DNA from: Zancudomyces culisetae HAW-14-8
Taxonomy: Eukaryota; Fungi; Kickxellomycota
Assembly (NCBI GenBank): GCA_052426225.1
Contig: JBNJNM010000014.1
Span: 1 to 64,000 of the forward strand
Length of the DNA stretch: 64,000 bases
Direction of reading: 5' to 3'
Of the stretch, positions 49,057 to 62,628 are shown one piece after another. The notes under the pieces are model-generated. The model was not told the DNA's origin and searched no databases. It saw only the letters and a program-made list of their open reading frames with translations. A program made the position numbers and the translations under genes. How positions within the stretch are numbered: position 1 is the stretch's first letter; every line of letters starts with the position of its first letter.

Positions 49057-49794
49057 AACAATTTTTTTACCTCTCTCATCTTTTTTGTGTGTTTGTGCAT
49101 AAAACTTGGTGTATCTATTTGAGAGAACGACAAATTTCTAACATGCTTTTGTTTACTTTGATTGTATAGGTAAATGGAATCAACTTGTATTTTTCTGCAT
49201 TTTTTTTGTAGTTTTTAGAGTTTTATGCGTTATATTTTGCTTGATAGATGCGAACTCGCTTCAATAAAACCACGTCAAAATACTATTGATTTATGTTGCT
49301 TCTTATTTGTTTTCTGTGTGTTCTTCCACTCTCCCAGACTCGCAACTCAATACTGAGTTTATCTCAAACGGAGAATTTCGGCGTTTCTTATTTTTAATGC
49401 ATTGCGGTTTTTCTTTTTTTGAAATGAAAGAATAAAACAAGGCAAAAAAAACGATCTGCTACCTATAAAGGTAGTACAATTATCTTTCCATAATCGTATC
49501 TTTTCTCGTGGTCTTATTCGCATTTTTCAGGTGTCAATATTTGAGAGCATAAAGCAAGACAGACCTATGCATGATATTCTTCCAAAACCCATTCATAACG
49601 CTAATACACAAAAGGTTCCAAGTTTGTCGCAAAAATAAACATGTAACGGAAATGTTAACAATCTAAAACCACCTTTAATCTTGCATATACTTTTTTGCTA
49701 CACTCTTGTTATACAGTATCTAGAGGAACACTTATTCCTTAATTGCGGGGAATATTACAGTACGCGTAGTTTAGCTTAGTTTAGTTTAGTTATA

Positions 49795-50964
49795 ATGGAT
49801 GGTAATATAGCTAGCTTAGACGATATTGAGAAAATAGCATTTGCAAAGTTGGACCGGAATGCTCTCGAGTATTATTCTTCGGGAGCACAGAATGAAGTGA
49901 CGCTAAGAGACAACATCCGAGCATTTGATAGGTACCAAATCCGACCAAGGGTTCTTAGAAATGTATCAGAAATCAACACCGAAGTCAACCTGCTTGGGAA
50001 CACATTTACGAGTCCAATATTTATAGCGCCAACAGCCATGCAAAAGATGGCACACCCAGATGGCGAAGCAGCTACGGTTAGGGCGGCTGCCAGGCACGGG
50101 ATTGTTGCAGGAATCTCGACATTGACAACGGTGGGTTTTGACGAACTACGAGAGGAAGTGCAGTCGGCGTTGAAAGAAATACATGGCAAGCCACCACCAC
50201 ATGGAGTATTCCACGAACCAGCGCTATGGCTGCAGTTATATGTTTACAAGGATAGAGCCGAGTCGCTAAAATTAATAAAAAAGGCTGAGGAGGATGGGTT
50301 CACAGCTGTGGTTGTAACAGTGGATACACCGATGCTTGGGCGAAGACTGGCGGATATCAGGCATTCATTCCAGATACCAGAGCATCTGCATTTGGAAAAT
50401 TTTGAGCTTCAGGAGCTAAATCGAGCAAAAAGACTTAAAGTGGGAAGAGCAGGCAACAAGTCGTGGCTGGGAAAATATACTTCACAAGTACTCGATCCGG
50501 GGTTAACGTGGGAGGACATGAAGTGGCTTAAGCAGAGCACAAAACTTCCCGTGCTAGTTAAGGGCATACTTACCAGAGAGGATGCAGTGCTTGCTGTGGA
50601 GAGCGGAGTAGATGGGATTATAGTCAGCAACCACGGTGGGCGGCAGCTAGACACGGTGACGGCAACAATTGATGCGGTTGCAGAGGTGGTAGATGCGGTG
50701 GATGGAAAGATTCCAGTGCTTATGGATGGAGGTGTGCGTAGAGGCACGGATGTATTCAAGGCGCTGGCACTGGGAGCAAAAGCGGTATTTGTTGGGCGAC
50801 CAGTACTGTGGGGCCTGGCGTACAATGGAGAAGAGGGGGTATGTGCTATGCTTGAATTGATTAACGAGGAGTTTTTCTTGGCCATGGCGTTGGCAGGGTG
50901 TACAAAACTGAGTGAAATCAATAGGAGTTATATACAAAGGGCACCATATTCCACAAATATATGA
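49795..50964 (+). CDS. HAO1: FMN-dependent alpha-hydroxy acid oxidase (glycolate oxidase/HAO family)
   Basis: APTAMQKMAHPDGE, WLQLY, TVDTP.LGRR, SNHGGRQLD, DGGVRRGTDVFKALALGA. Confidence 0.93.
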   Translation: MDGNIASLDDIEKIAFAKLDRNALEYYSSGAQNEVTLRDNIRAFDRYQIRPRVLRNVSEINTEVNLLGNTFTSPIFIAPTAMQKMAHPDGEAATVRAAARHGIVAGISTLTTVGFDELREEVQSALKEIHGKPPPHGVFHEPALWLQLYVYKDRAESLKLIKKAEEDGFTAVVVTVDTPMLGRRLADIRHSFQIPEHLHLENFELQELNRAKRLKVGRAGNKSWLGKYTSQVLDPGLTWEDMKWLKQSTKLPVLVKGILTREDAVLAVESGVDGIIVSNHGGRQLDTVTATIDAVAEVVDAVDGKIPVLMDGGVRRGTDVFKALALGAKAVFVGRPVLWGLAYNGEEGVCAMLELINEEFFLAMALAGCTKLSEINRSYIQRAPYSTNI

Positions 50965-51481
50965 AGCGTAGTGTGATTCAGCATGGTGCTTTTATGTTAC
51001 TGGAAGGGGGGAGGGTGTGGATGTGGATGTGGATGGATGGATGGAAGGATGGAGGGAGTGGGGTTTGTTTATGGTAAAAGAACATTAATTTAATTGAATT
51101 AGTATTCTGTTTTGGATTAATAAATGGTATTACTCTTTTTAAAAAATAAAATAAAATAGGTGTGTGTGTTGTAAGAGTTATAAGTAGCGAGATTCAGTTG
51201 ATGAATATATACGATTGTAAACACCTAGTCGTAAAATACAACATGAAGGGAATGATAGCTAGCTATTTATATTAAAATAAAAGTAGTATAATAATGACGT
51301 TTTTTTTTTTAGAGGCAAAAGTAGTTTACAAGATGAGTATAAAGTAAAAAAAAATTTTTACTAGGAAATAAAAGAAAAGAGCTCATTAATTAATCTAGGG
51401 GAATGAGGATATTGATATCAAAAAATAAAAATCGAAAAAATAATAAAATAAAAAAAAATAATAATAAAATAATAAAACAAA

Positions 51482-52309
51482 ATGATACTGCAAAAGGTGA
51501 TAGCAGGCAGCAGATATAAGGCTGTTATGCCCTTGGCAGCAGGATATCTTCGACCCGGACAACAAACAATAGCATTGGCGCGGAAATACGCAACAGACAA
51601 ACAACCAACACCACCAAGCTTTAACCGATATGTCGAGCCGTCCCGAGACAGAACTGTAAGAGAAAGACGAAATGAAAGGCAAGAAAACATACAAAGTGGC
51701 GGTGGAACAGCAGCAGCAGCAGTAGGAGGTATTGAGGGTAGTAATAAGAGTGAACTTCGGGAGAGTGGGGAATGGAAGAAAAAGCTGCAGCAAGAATTTT
51801 CAATGGGAAATCTGGAGGGAGGATTTAAACAGGCAGTGTATGGGGCAGAGGAAGGCGCACGAGACAACCGGTTTGGAACAGAATTTGGAGGGTTTGCACG
51901 GCGGACAAGCCGGGGGCAGCAGACACGACAGCGGCTTTCGGGGCTGGCAATCAACAAGACACACGTGCTGCATGTCAAGAGCTCATTCAACAACACATTG
52001 GTGACACTGACGGATCTGAACGGGAATGTGATTGCAAATAGCAGCGGGGGTAGTGTAGGAGGGTTCAAAAAGGCCGCACGTAATGGACATGAGGCGGCAT
52101 ACCAGGCAACGATGCGGGTGATAGAAAAGGCCGCAGAACGAAATGTGTATGTGGTAGGAGTGGAGCTGAAGTTTAATGGGTTGGGACAAGGACGTGAGGC
52201 GGCGCTGAAGGCGGTGCAGACGGCAAGTGAGTGGCAGATAGTAGCATTTAGTGATGCAACGCCGATTCCGTTTAATGGATGTCGGGCAAAGAAGAAGAGA
52301 AGATTGTGA
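51482..52309 (+). CDS. MRPS18: Mitochondrial ribosomal protein uS11m
   Basis: Basic presequence; HVKSSFNNT.VTLTD, GFKKAAR, G.GQGRE, DATPIPFNGCRAKKKRRL. Confidence 0.9.
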   Translation: MILQKVIAGSRYKAVMPLAAGYLRPGQQTIALARKYATDKQPTPPSFNRYVEPSRDRTVRERRNERQENIQSGGGTAAAAVGGIEGSNKSELRESGEWKKKLQQEFSMGNLEGGFKQAVYGAEEGARDNRFGTEFGGFARRTSRGQQTRQRLSGLAINKTHVLHVKSSFNNTLVTLTDLNGNVIANSSGGSVGGFKKAARNGHEAAYQATMRVIEKAAERNVYVVGVELKFNGLGQGREAALKAVQTASEWQIVAFSDATPIPFNGCRAKKKRRL

Positions 52310-52325
52310 TTTATTTTAAAATAGT

Positions 52326-54624
52326 TTAAAAAAGATGATTTAAAAATAAAGCAGACCATAAATTCAGAGTATTTACATTTGCAGTAAGAATAAGAGAAGG
52401 AGTTGGAGAAGGAGTTGGAGAAGGGGAAAGAGTTGGGGGAGAATAGTTGGGATTCAAATACAAATCGTCACGACAATTGTCAATATGAGACCATAGAGAG
52501 GGAGTGGTATTGACAAGATCGAGGTCGATGCGTTGAGAGGCAGAATTAGCCAGAAAAGTGCCAAAGCGGCAACTGTAGCAGTGGTAATGCAAATCAAGCA
52601 AAAAACGGAGATTGAATTGAAATTGAGAAGGGTGTTGAGAGAGAAGTTGATAAACACAGTCGAGAAACTGGAGGAAAATAGGACCGGATTCGTTTTCGTG
52701 AGTGCCGGGAGCAGACGAGTTTTTTGGACGGTTTGTGAGTGCAAAGGCGGAAGCCGAGATGTTTTGGTGACCAAGAGATGAAGAAGAGGGAGAGTCGCGG
52801 AAAGCGGAAGCGAGAGTGGAATGGAAATTGATGTAGGTTTGGGAAGCAAGACGACCAAACAACGAGGTTGCAGAATCGATAGGATGATGAGAATGAGAAG
52901 AAGAATGAGAAGAAGAGGAAGCAGGAGGAGCAGAGGAAGGAGAAGTAGAAGTAGAGTGAGAATGAGAATTGGAATTGGAATTGGAATTGGAAGAAGAGGA
53001 AGTAGAAGAAGAAGTAGAGATAGAATCAGAAACAGTAAAACGCGAGTCAACACCCAACGAGGCACAGCGAGAAGTGAATTGATGGCCAAAGGATAGCCAT
53101 TCCTTTTCTATCAAAACAATAAAGCCATCGATGGAACGGTAATAAGGATCCAAACACAACTGAGCCAGGCTGGTGAGTTGGGCGGTACGGTCCCAGCCAT
53201 CAGAGCAGTGGACGAGAACGTTTTGCGCACGAGAAATACGGTCAACAATGTGGTTTGCACCTTCAAGGATGCTGGCGATATGTTTGAGCCATTCGTTTGT
53301 TGCATTGCGCATACGGTTGCTGTTGAGACTGTTGGAGGGCGTGGAGGACGTGGGCGAATAGCCGTAAAACACATCGGTTAGCGCATCAGAGAGTTTGTTT
53401 ATGCTTGCGCGCATGACGTGGATGTTGTCGATGCCTAGGTACAGTTTCTGGCTGTTTTTATAGTGCTCAATGTTTTCGCTACCGGCACCAACGGCACGAT
53501 TGACAACGGCGTTGGCGGTGGGACGAGCATCGACAATTACATTGACAATATTATTATTATTGTTGTTGTTGTTATTGTTATTATTGTTGTTATTGCTGTT
53601 ATCGTTGTTGCTTTCGAAAATGCTTTCGACGAGTTTTTCGTCTTGGATGGAGCGGGCTTGTTTGATTCCAACGAGAGGCTGACTGGAGCGAGAAATAGTT
53701 GCGCCATTGGGTCGGTAGTAGTAGCTGAGGACAGGCAGTCTGCGTTTGCTACGGAATTTGGCGGCGTGCATAATTGTAGTGTCGCTGATTTTGCTTGGAA
53801 CAACTATTAGTTCGGGGTATGTAGAGCATACGTCGAACCGGACGTTTGCACGCGAAACTCGCCACTTGGGGTCGGCCGACAACCCCATGCGGTCGACTTC
53901 GTGGTGTAGGTTGTATCGATGCCACTCGTCTGCCGACTTGCTCCGTGGATCGGTTGTGTTGTGGAAGGCGTATACTTCCTCGAGCCGGTGCTTGCAGCAT
54001 TGGTGCTTGATGGTCCAGAACACTGCGTGTAGATCGTGGATATTGGCACAGTAGACCCGAAAGAAATCAAAGTCGTGGGTGCGGAGTTCTATGCATCCAT
54101 TCCGTTTCATTTCGCCTCTGGCTACTTTTGACTGTTGTTGTTGTTGTTGTTGTTGTTGTTGTGTTACTAGTTTGCCTCGTTCTCGTTCTCGTTCTGGTGT
54201 ACTTTTATTTGTATTTGTATTTGTGTTTATGTTTGTATTTGGGGGTGGTCTTCGTAACACTGCACTTTTTATAATTGGATAGGGAATCTATTTTACAATA
54301 TATAAATTAAAAGTGAAAAGTGAAAAGTGAAAAAGTAAAGAGTTAAATGTAATGTAAATAAAAAAAGGGGGGGGGGGGTTTCTTTTACCAATTCTTCATC
54401 CTGACAAGTTTTGAAAATAAAGTGGCTTGTATTCAAAACAATGGATCCATAGAGTTTTCGACCTTTTCGTGAAATCCCAGCTTGTTGGACCTATTTTAAT
54501 ATAATACATTGTATATTTATAAACAAAAAAAACAAAAGAAAAAGAAAACAAAAAGTATATTTTAGATATTTAGAGTAAGGGTAGAGAGTTATACCTTTGA
54601 AATTTTTAAATAATCCGAAGTCAT
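52326..54624 (-). CDS. YMR1: Myotubularin phosphoinositide 3-phosphatase (exons 54595-54624, 54389-54490, 52326-54287)
   Basis: Catalytic HCSDGWDR, FRSKRRLPVLSY, DARP, EKEWLSFGH, FLQFLDCV; in-frame GT-AG junctions. Confidence 0.93.
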
Positions 54625-54708
54625 GACGATGGAGGAGCGAGGCAGGGGAGACGGGGGAAGAGAGAGTGTGAGAGAGTGTGTGTGTATGTGGGGTGGGGTG
54701 GGGGGGGA

Positions 54709-54804
54709 TGGTGAGAAGGTGGGATATATATATTTATTTTTTTGTTCTTTTTTTAGGGTGGTGAGAAGGTGGGATATATATATTTATTTTTTTGTTCTTT
54801 TTTT
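54709..54804. repeat. 50-bp tandem duplication upstream of myotubularin
   Basis: TGGTGAGAAGGTGGGATATATATATTTATTTTTTTGTTCTTTTTTT occurs twice. Confidence 0.85.
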
Positions 54805-55374
54805 TTTACTTTTTAATGTAGGTAATTTACCAACAATATAGCTTTAAATATAGCTTTAATATATGTATATGTGTAAGTATATGTGTAAGCTTATTAAAAT
54901 AAAGAAAGAAAAAAAAAAGGGAGAATATTCAAGCACAGCTTTGTATTTTGAAACCAAAGGGAACAACAACAATGATTACTTGAAAAAAGTAAAAAATAAA
55001 GGTGAAAATTGGTGGTAATTCGTGTTTTATTGAATTTATTTATTTTATTTATTTTTGTTCATGTGAGTATTTTCAAAAACTAAACTAAAAGTTATACAAT
55101 AATAACCAAAGTACAAGATATCTAGCTGAATATGATATGCTGAGGTGTCATACTTGTGATGTAATGTAATGTGATGTGTATATGTATATGAATATATTAG
55201 AGTATTTTCATTTCTTTTTTTCTACCACAAAGTATTTATGGTTTTGTTTAAAAGTAGTATATTGTTTGGAACTATAAAAAAAAATGGAAAAAACAAACTC
55301 TTGTAAACATACTTTACCTCACCCTACTCACCCTACTACACCTCATACCTTCCTCTTCCCCTTCTCCACCTCCA

Positions 55375-55378
<4 letters not shown>

Positions 55379-55411
<33 letters not shown>
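55379..55411. repeat. (CA)n microsatellite
   Basis: Read directly. Confidence 0.9.
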
Positions 55412-55416
<5 letters not shown>

Positions 55417-55565
55417 CACAATAAAAGCAACATAAATTTATTTTTATTTTTTACATTTAAAAAAAGAAAAAAAAAAGGCATTGTATAATCTAGAATTGAA
55501 AAAGAAGAAAAAAACAAGTATAATAAAAATATAATGAAATGAAACATATGGGAATGAAAATGATA

Positions 55566-56138
55566 TTAGAGGTCATAGTCGTCAGGGTTGAAATCGGATT
55601 CCGAATCATCACCAAAAGTTTTTCTATTAAAAACGATACTTCCAGTACCAGCCGAACCAAGAATCTTGGAAGTTGCTGTTGCTGCTGTTGCTGTTGTATG
55701 AGTGTGAGAAGTTGTGGATGTGGATGTGTGGGAGGGTTCGGAGGCAGCATTAATTTGGTTGAGTAGCGAAATCAATTCAGATTCTGTCACCTTGGCACCC
55801 CGCATCCCACCAATTCCGCCGCGTTTTTGGATAATCGAAAGAATCAAATCCTCAATTTGTTTTGCCTTGGCTGGCTTGACCAGCGCAATCCGCCCCAGTC
55901 GCTCGCGCGCCTCGGTTGTCAGAATGGTCGAGAGGACCTCGGCCCGTCGTAATTCGTTTTCGTGATCTTGCGGTGTGGGTCCGCTACTACCCTCAGATTT
56001 CTAGTAATTTAAATGTATTTAAATGTATTTATATTGTACTTATAGTGTATTTCCTTTTAGAATGTTAATGTTTTTGTATATTGTTAAACTTACAAAGTTT
56101 AGTTGACTTGGATCTTGTAAATTAGTATATTCTTCCAT
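55566..56138 (-). CDS. PDCD5: PDCD5-family dsDNA-binding protein (exons 56094-56138, 55566-56000)
   Basis: ILTTEARERLGRIALVKPAKAKQIEDLIL...KVTESELISLLNQI...IVFNRK plus acidic tail. Confidence 0.88.
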
Positions 56139-56336
56139 TTTAGTTTTTCGATTATTGAATTGAGTTGAACTGGATTTAATCAAAAAGAGAACCAAAAGAC
56201 AAAACAAAGTAAAATAAAATAAAATAAAAGAGGGATTAATAAAATTTATTGAAAATAAACATTACAATAAAATAAATTATAAAATAAAGGATACAAAAAT
56301 AAAAACAAAAAAAAAATTTAAAGTAAATAGAATAAA

Positions 56337-58876
56337 TTAAGCCCAGTAGGGTTGGTTTGAACGTTGTTGAGAGTAAGAACCAAAAGCAGAAGATTGCTGC
56401 TGTTGCTGAGACTGCTGTTGCTGTTGTTGCTGGGATTGCTGTTGCTGAGATTGCTGAGGTTGTTGTTGTTGTTGCTGTTGGAGTTGAAGATGGGAAAGAG
56501 AAGCTAGAGAAGATTGAGGGTAAGAGTATTGGAGAGGAACATGGGAAAGAGAAGATGAAGTGGTGGAGGAAGAGAAAGAAGAGGAGGAGTGTTGGGGCAG
56601 GGAGGATTGTTGGGAGGAGGGAGCGTAGAAGGTGGTTCCGGCAATGACAGCGGGGTTTTGGGGGTTTGGATTAGGGTTTGGGTTGGGGTTATGGGGAGGA
56701 GGAATGGGGAGAGATTTCTGGGATTGGTCGAGAGGTTGTTGTTGTTGTTTTGCAGAGGAGGAAAAGAGGAAAGGATAGGGTTGAGAAGACGAGAGGTCAG
56801 AGTCGTAGGCTTGGGAGTGAAGTCCGTATGAGCCGTACTGTTGGTGTTGGTGTTGCTGCTGTCGTTGGTGTTGCTGGTGGTGTTGGTGTTGTTGATGTTG
56901 TTGGTGTTGGTGGTGATGATGTTGCTGGGATTGTTGCTGTTGTTGGGGCTGTTGTTGTTGCTGTTGAGGCTGTTGGGATTGTTGTTGGGGCTGCTGTTGT
57001 TGTTGTTGTTGGGGCTGTTGTTGCTGGGGTTGTTGCTGAGGTTGCTGGGATTGTTGAGGTTGAGGTTGTTTTTGAGGTTTAGAGAATTGTTGTTGGTATT
57101 GTTGTTGTTGTTGTTGGTAGTTGTAGATTGGAGGATACATGTTTTGTTTGAAGGGTTGAGAGTAATTGTTGTTTGGCTGCAAAAGATTCATTCCATAATA
57201 GTAAGGATTGTAGAATGGGTTTTGGTAAGATGGAAGGAATCCTTGAGGATATGGCGATGTGTTGTTTTGCTGAGATGAGTCCTTAGAGTTGGATGAAAAT
57301 GATTCGTAGTTTGGATAATAGTTTCCCATCATAGCTGCTGCTGCTGCGGCCGCTGCGGCTGCTGCTCGTTGTGCCTCCATTCCATACAACATGGCTGTAC
57401 CAAAGTCGTTTGGAAGTGGTCCTTGAGGCATTGCTGAGCCTGGTTGACTTTGAGCTGCTTGGCTTTGAGTTTGAGCCTGAGCCTGAGCCTGTGCCTGAGC
57501 TGCTTGAGCTTGTGCCTGAGCTGCTGCAAATTGTGCAAGTGGACCTTGTGTAGTAACTGGTTTCTTTTCTTCAGCCTTTTCAACTGCTGACTGTTGTTTT
57601 TCTTCTGTCTTTCCTAATCCCAAACTACCAAATTGCAAACCCAATCGCTCAATATTGTAACTTCCTGGTGGCATAACCACTGCCTCGTCTTCCTCTGTTG
57701 CTGTTGCTGCTACTACTACTACTTCTTCCTTTTTCTCTTCCTTCTTTTCTTCTTCAACCACTGCTTCTTGTTCTTCTTTTTTCTCTACTGCTGCCTCTTC
57801 TTTTTTCTCTACAACTACTTCTTCTTTCTCCTCTTCTTCTTTCTCTACTTTTTCTTCTTTCTTTGCTTCCTCTTCCTTTTCTTGTTTCGCTTCCTCCTCC
57901 TTCTTTGTTTCCTCTACTTTTTCTTCTTCTACTTTCTTTTCTACTTTTGCCTTTACTTCCTCTTGTGGCTTGGCTACTACCTCTGGAACCACCTCTTCTT
58001 TAACCTCTGTTCCCCGCTGTGCTATTTTGGCCCACGACATTGCCCCTGATCCTGTTCCTGCTGCTTTTACTGCTGCCGTTGTTGTTGTTGCTACCCCTTC
58101 CTCTTTTCTAACTGGTTTTCCTGCAACCGCTTTTGTATCCTGTCTAGCTGTCTTGTTTACATTTTTATTTATTCCTCTTTCTCCATAGTTATTCTCTTTA
58201 TTGTTACTAGTACTTGCCCCTCCTACTGTTCCTGCTTGTACTTGTGTTTGTGCTTGTGCTGCTGTAGCTGCTGCTGCTCTAGGTCCTCCCCGTACTCCTT
58301 GTTGCTGTTCACGATATTGTGGCTCATTTACTCGGCTCACTTTAACTGCTGCCTTGGCCTCTTGTTTTTTATCCTTGCGTGATTTTACTTCTCCCCATTG
58401 GCATGCAATTCCTATTTTATAATCATTTTATATCAATCATTGTTTAATCTTTATTCTGTTTTTTTTTTAATTCCTGTTTTCATCTTGTTTTTATTTATTC
58501 ATTTCTTACCATCTGTTATTCTGGCTATTGTCATTTCCAAATCTCCCTCTGCTTCTTCCAGTGCATATATTAAATCTGCCTCTGTCCAATTTGGAAACAC
58601 CTCCCTCAGCAACATCAATTGCTCCCGATATTTCCGGCGCTGCTCTCGATTTTCATCTGCCTCTTTTGCCCGCACTGTACTCTTATTTTTATTATCTGTT
58701 TGTTTACCCCCTACACTGCCCCCTCGTCCCACCAACGGTCTGCTGCTTATTCCACCTCTACGCTTATTCCCCGGTCCTCCTCCTCTGCTAATGCTACTGC
58801 TATCTCTCTGTTGTGTTGGATTATTTGTTCGCACCCCTGAGCTTCGCCCCTCTTCTGTATTACTTGTGAGTGACAT
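56337..58876 (-). CDS. DEF1: Def1-like CUE-domain protein with Q-rich C-terminus (exons 58510-58876, 56337-58411)
   Basis: CUE domain [13 protein letters not shown]...I.RITDG spliced to IACQWGEVK; SWAKIA; AVVMP...LQFGSL; polyQ tail. Confidence 0.85.
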
Positions 58877-60886
58877 CTTATTACTACTATTTATTGTTAT
58901 TTCAAAGAAGACAAAATCTCTCTTTTGTTTTGTTTTATTTCTTTTTTTTTTTGAGCAAATTTAGTTTTCTGTTTGTAAATTTGTTTTTACTTTTTATTTA
59001 TTATTTATTTACTTGCAACTATATTATAATAATTATTATTATTACTTTTATTACTCCCTTCAAAGTAATTATTACTACTATTATTATTATTGTATTGTTA
59101 TTGTTATTGTTGCTTTTTTTTTTCTTTGCATTATTCGCGTTATGGTAAGAATAAATTTCCTCTCTCTCTCTCTCACCCCCTCCTCCCACCCCCTCTCCCC
59201 CCCTTCCTTCATTTTGCTTCTTTCTCTTCAACTGGTTCTAAACAAAAAAAATTTTTTTTCTATTTTCTATTTTTTTTCCTTTTTTTTTTGACTTGTAATT
59301 TATTTATTTGTTTTTTTTTCTATTTTTGGCAAATTAACCCACTTTATTTTTCAAATTATTGCAAATACTAGGAAATTTTTTTTATATTTCATTCCAATTA
59401 ACACTTCCCAATACTTCAACCTCCAACTCCACTCCAACTCCACTCCACTCCAACTCTAGCCTCCAACTCCACCACCACCACTACCACCACCACTGCCACT
59501 ACCTTCTCCTTTTCCCTCCAACTCTAACCAAAAGAAAACCACAAACTAAATAAATGAATACATAAAAAAGATAAGATATAAAAAAAAAAGATTTACAATA
59601 CCAAAACCATAATCTATCCTCCCGCCCCTCCTACAAACATCACTTTCTTGCCCTTTATAACTTTTTGCACCTTTCTTTATTATTATTAATGGGAAAAAAA
59701 AGAGGTACATCTATATATCTATATATATCTATATATATCTATATTATGCATATTATCTGTGGGTGTATATCATTCACCACTTTATATACTTATTTTTTTA
59801 CGAGTTGATATACTACTATTCGTCCTACTCTATTCCCTTTTTTTCTCAACCTTGCACCTAGTTTACAAAAAAATAAAAATAAAAATAAAAAAAGTTCAAC
59901 CATTTGTATTTGTGTAAATCCCTTTTTTCACACTCTACTCTTTTTTATTTTCTTTTTCATGTTTTTTCTTTTTATGAATTGTATATAGATAATTTTTGCT
60001 TTAGCTTTGCATCCATCATCATTTCTTATTAAAAAAAAATAAGACAAAAAAATAAAGCAAAAAATAGAAAAGGATTATTGTCTAGTATACTTTAGATAGT
60101 CGAGTTTGTTTTGGAAAATGAAATTATCTAGTAAATATGGCGTGTTGAACATTTATCATTTATCATTTATCCATGGTTCATTTCATTATATTTAGTTGGT
60201 AGATTATTGATGATTTTCAGAGATTAATTTCACAGAGCCCACAACATTCACAACATTCACAACATTCTCTATTTTACTACATTCACAAATCCTAAATATA
60301 CTATAAACTCAATTCAAAGTTTAATATATATATATGTATACATATATTTGTTAATGTATTCCTCCTCCTCCTCCTCCTCCCCCCCCCTCTTTTTTATTTT
60401 ATTATTATTTTTTTTTGTTATCAAGATTAGTATTGTATATTTGGGTAAAATTTTGACTTTGCGATTAAGAATCTCTCTTTTTTTTTTGTGAGAGGTATAT
60501 TTTTAATATTTTGTAAAACATTTTCCTGTCTTCCCCATTTTTAAATAGTTGAAAATAATCTCAAAGGTTGAAAGTGGGAAGAGAGGGAAAGGGAGAGAAG
60601 AGTGAGAGGAGAGAGAAGAAAAAGGAGGAGTATGAGTTTATGACTAACATTTGATAAAAAAGTATATATATAAAAATAAAAATATACAAAACATGATATT
60701 TACAATTTGTTCTCTTGGTCAATGTGTTTTTCATACTCCATCGACCTTAAACACACACACAATCACTCAATCACTCAATCACACAGATGAGATTTATATT
60801 GGTTTTTTGAATTTTGCTTGGCGTTCCTTGGCAACTATTGGGGTATATAAAAATTAATTTAGGACAAATGGTGAAAGATAGTGGTG

Positions 60887-60914
60887 GTGTGTGTATGTGT
60901 GTATGTATGTGTAT

Positions 60915-60958
<44 letters not shown>
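60887..60958. repeat. (GT)n/(GTAT)n microsatellite
   Basis: Read directly. Confidence 0.9.
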
Positions 60959-60960
<2 letters not shown>

Positions 60961-62628
60961 TTTTTTGTTGAACCAAAGAGTTTGAGCTGAAAAATTAAAT
61001 AAAGACAAGTTTCTGTAATTTTTCATTTTCATTTTCTTGCAATTGTACTCGTATTCGTACTAGTACTTGGCAAAAGAGTGTCAAATATTATTGATTGATT
61101 TAGATAAACCGTACTAAAATAAACAAAAACAAAAAAAGAGAGATATAGATGGATAGAGAATAACAGTGTATAATATATATGTGGGTTTACCAGTAATCCA
61201 AAAAATAATACTTGATACACATTTATTTTATTTTAATCTTTGGCAAATATATTTAATGTTTGGATAATATAGTAATAATAACGAACTTTTTGTAATACAT
61301 GATTATGAGACATAATATTCGTTTCTGATATTGTATCTTTTTTGTTATTTTTTTGTTTTTTTTTTGCAATATAACAAAATAACAAAAAGCAAAAAGTAAA
61401 AACAAAAAGTGATCCCTTGAAACCAAGAATTCAATCAGGAAAAAGAAGAGCAAGCTTTATTTATTAGAGTTTGTTTGCAAAAGGGGTAAGAGGTGGAAAA
61501 GGTTTATTCAAGAGTTTTGTTTGCGCCACTCTAAATATAAAAGCCCACTTTTTATACGTTTATTATATATTGGGTTAATCACTTGATGGTGATGGGAAAG
61601 ACACAGTGGGTAGAGATAGAGATAGAGATAGAAATAGAGGTGGAGATAGAGATAGAAGCAGATAAAAGTTTAAAACTATTGTTTATGGAGTTTGGGGAGG
61701 GGATAGATGATGATATTGCAAAACAATAAAAGTTGAAAAAGAATAATGAGCATGAGAATTTAATGCTTTTTTATTTTTTTTGGAAAATAATCTCAAAAAA
61801 AAATAATAAACCGGGTTGAATAAACCGTTGCACTCGATTTCCTACATCCCACACTCACACCCACTCCCACCCCACTCCCCATTGCTTTATTCATTGCGCT
61901 CAAATTTTATAACCCTAAAAAAAATAAATTTGGCAATATATATTTTATTTGCTTTTGTACAAAAGTTTGGGTTTTGGACTTGGGCTTGGGCTTGGGGATT
62001 GGAATTGGAATTGGGCACAATGCAAAATTTGTGCAGTTGTAAAGAAAAAAAAATTCAGTGCAATTAACCTTGTCTACACAAGGACAATTTTTGCAATAGG
62101 GAAAATTTTGTTCTTTGCTTTATCTTTTAATATTAAAGAGCATTAATTAGAGTATTATTAAATGAAATCATTGTAAAAGTAACACGAGTCCATTTTTTTG
62201 TCAATTCGCTTTGTAACAATACGTTGGGTACCAACGGAAAACAATAAATATTTGAAAACAACTTGGCTATTAAAGTAATATTAGCACTTGAATCTTAAGC
62301 ATAACATAGCAAACCGACTCTTTATTTTTTATTTTTTATTTTTTTTTAGTTGAACAAATCATTCCCAAAGATTTCAAATTAGGACGAGGAACAGGAAAAA
62401 AGATAAAGTGGAAAATTAGAGTGTAAAAAAAAGGAGGCATATTGTACACATACATCAGTATCGATACTAGTATTCATTATCGACTAAAGGACGTTAGAAA
62501 CAAGGTATATATAAAAAAAAGTGGGGGCATGGGGAGCAAAAGTTGCAAACTAGAAGAAAGAAAGATAAAGATAAAGAATCAACAAGAAATATAGAAATAG
62601 AACAACAAGACAAGAAAATAGATAAATA

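Noticed and set aside
54690-54711. G-quadruplex-like run upstream of myotubularin
   Set aside because: G/C homopolymer runs are common throughout this low-complexity region; no specific support
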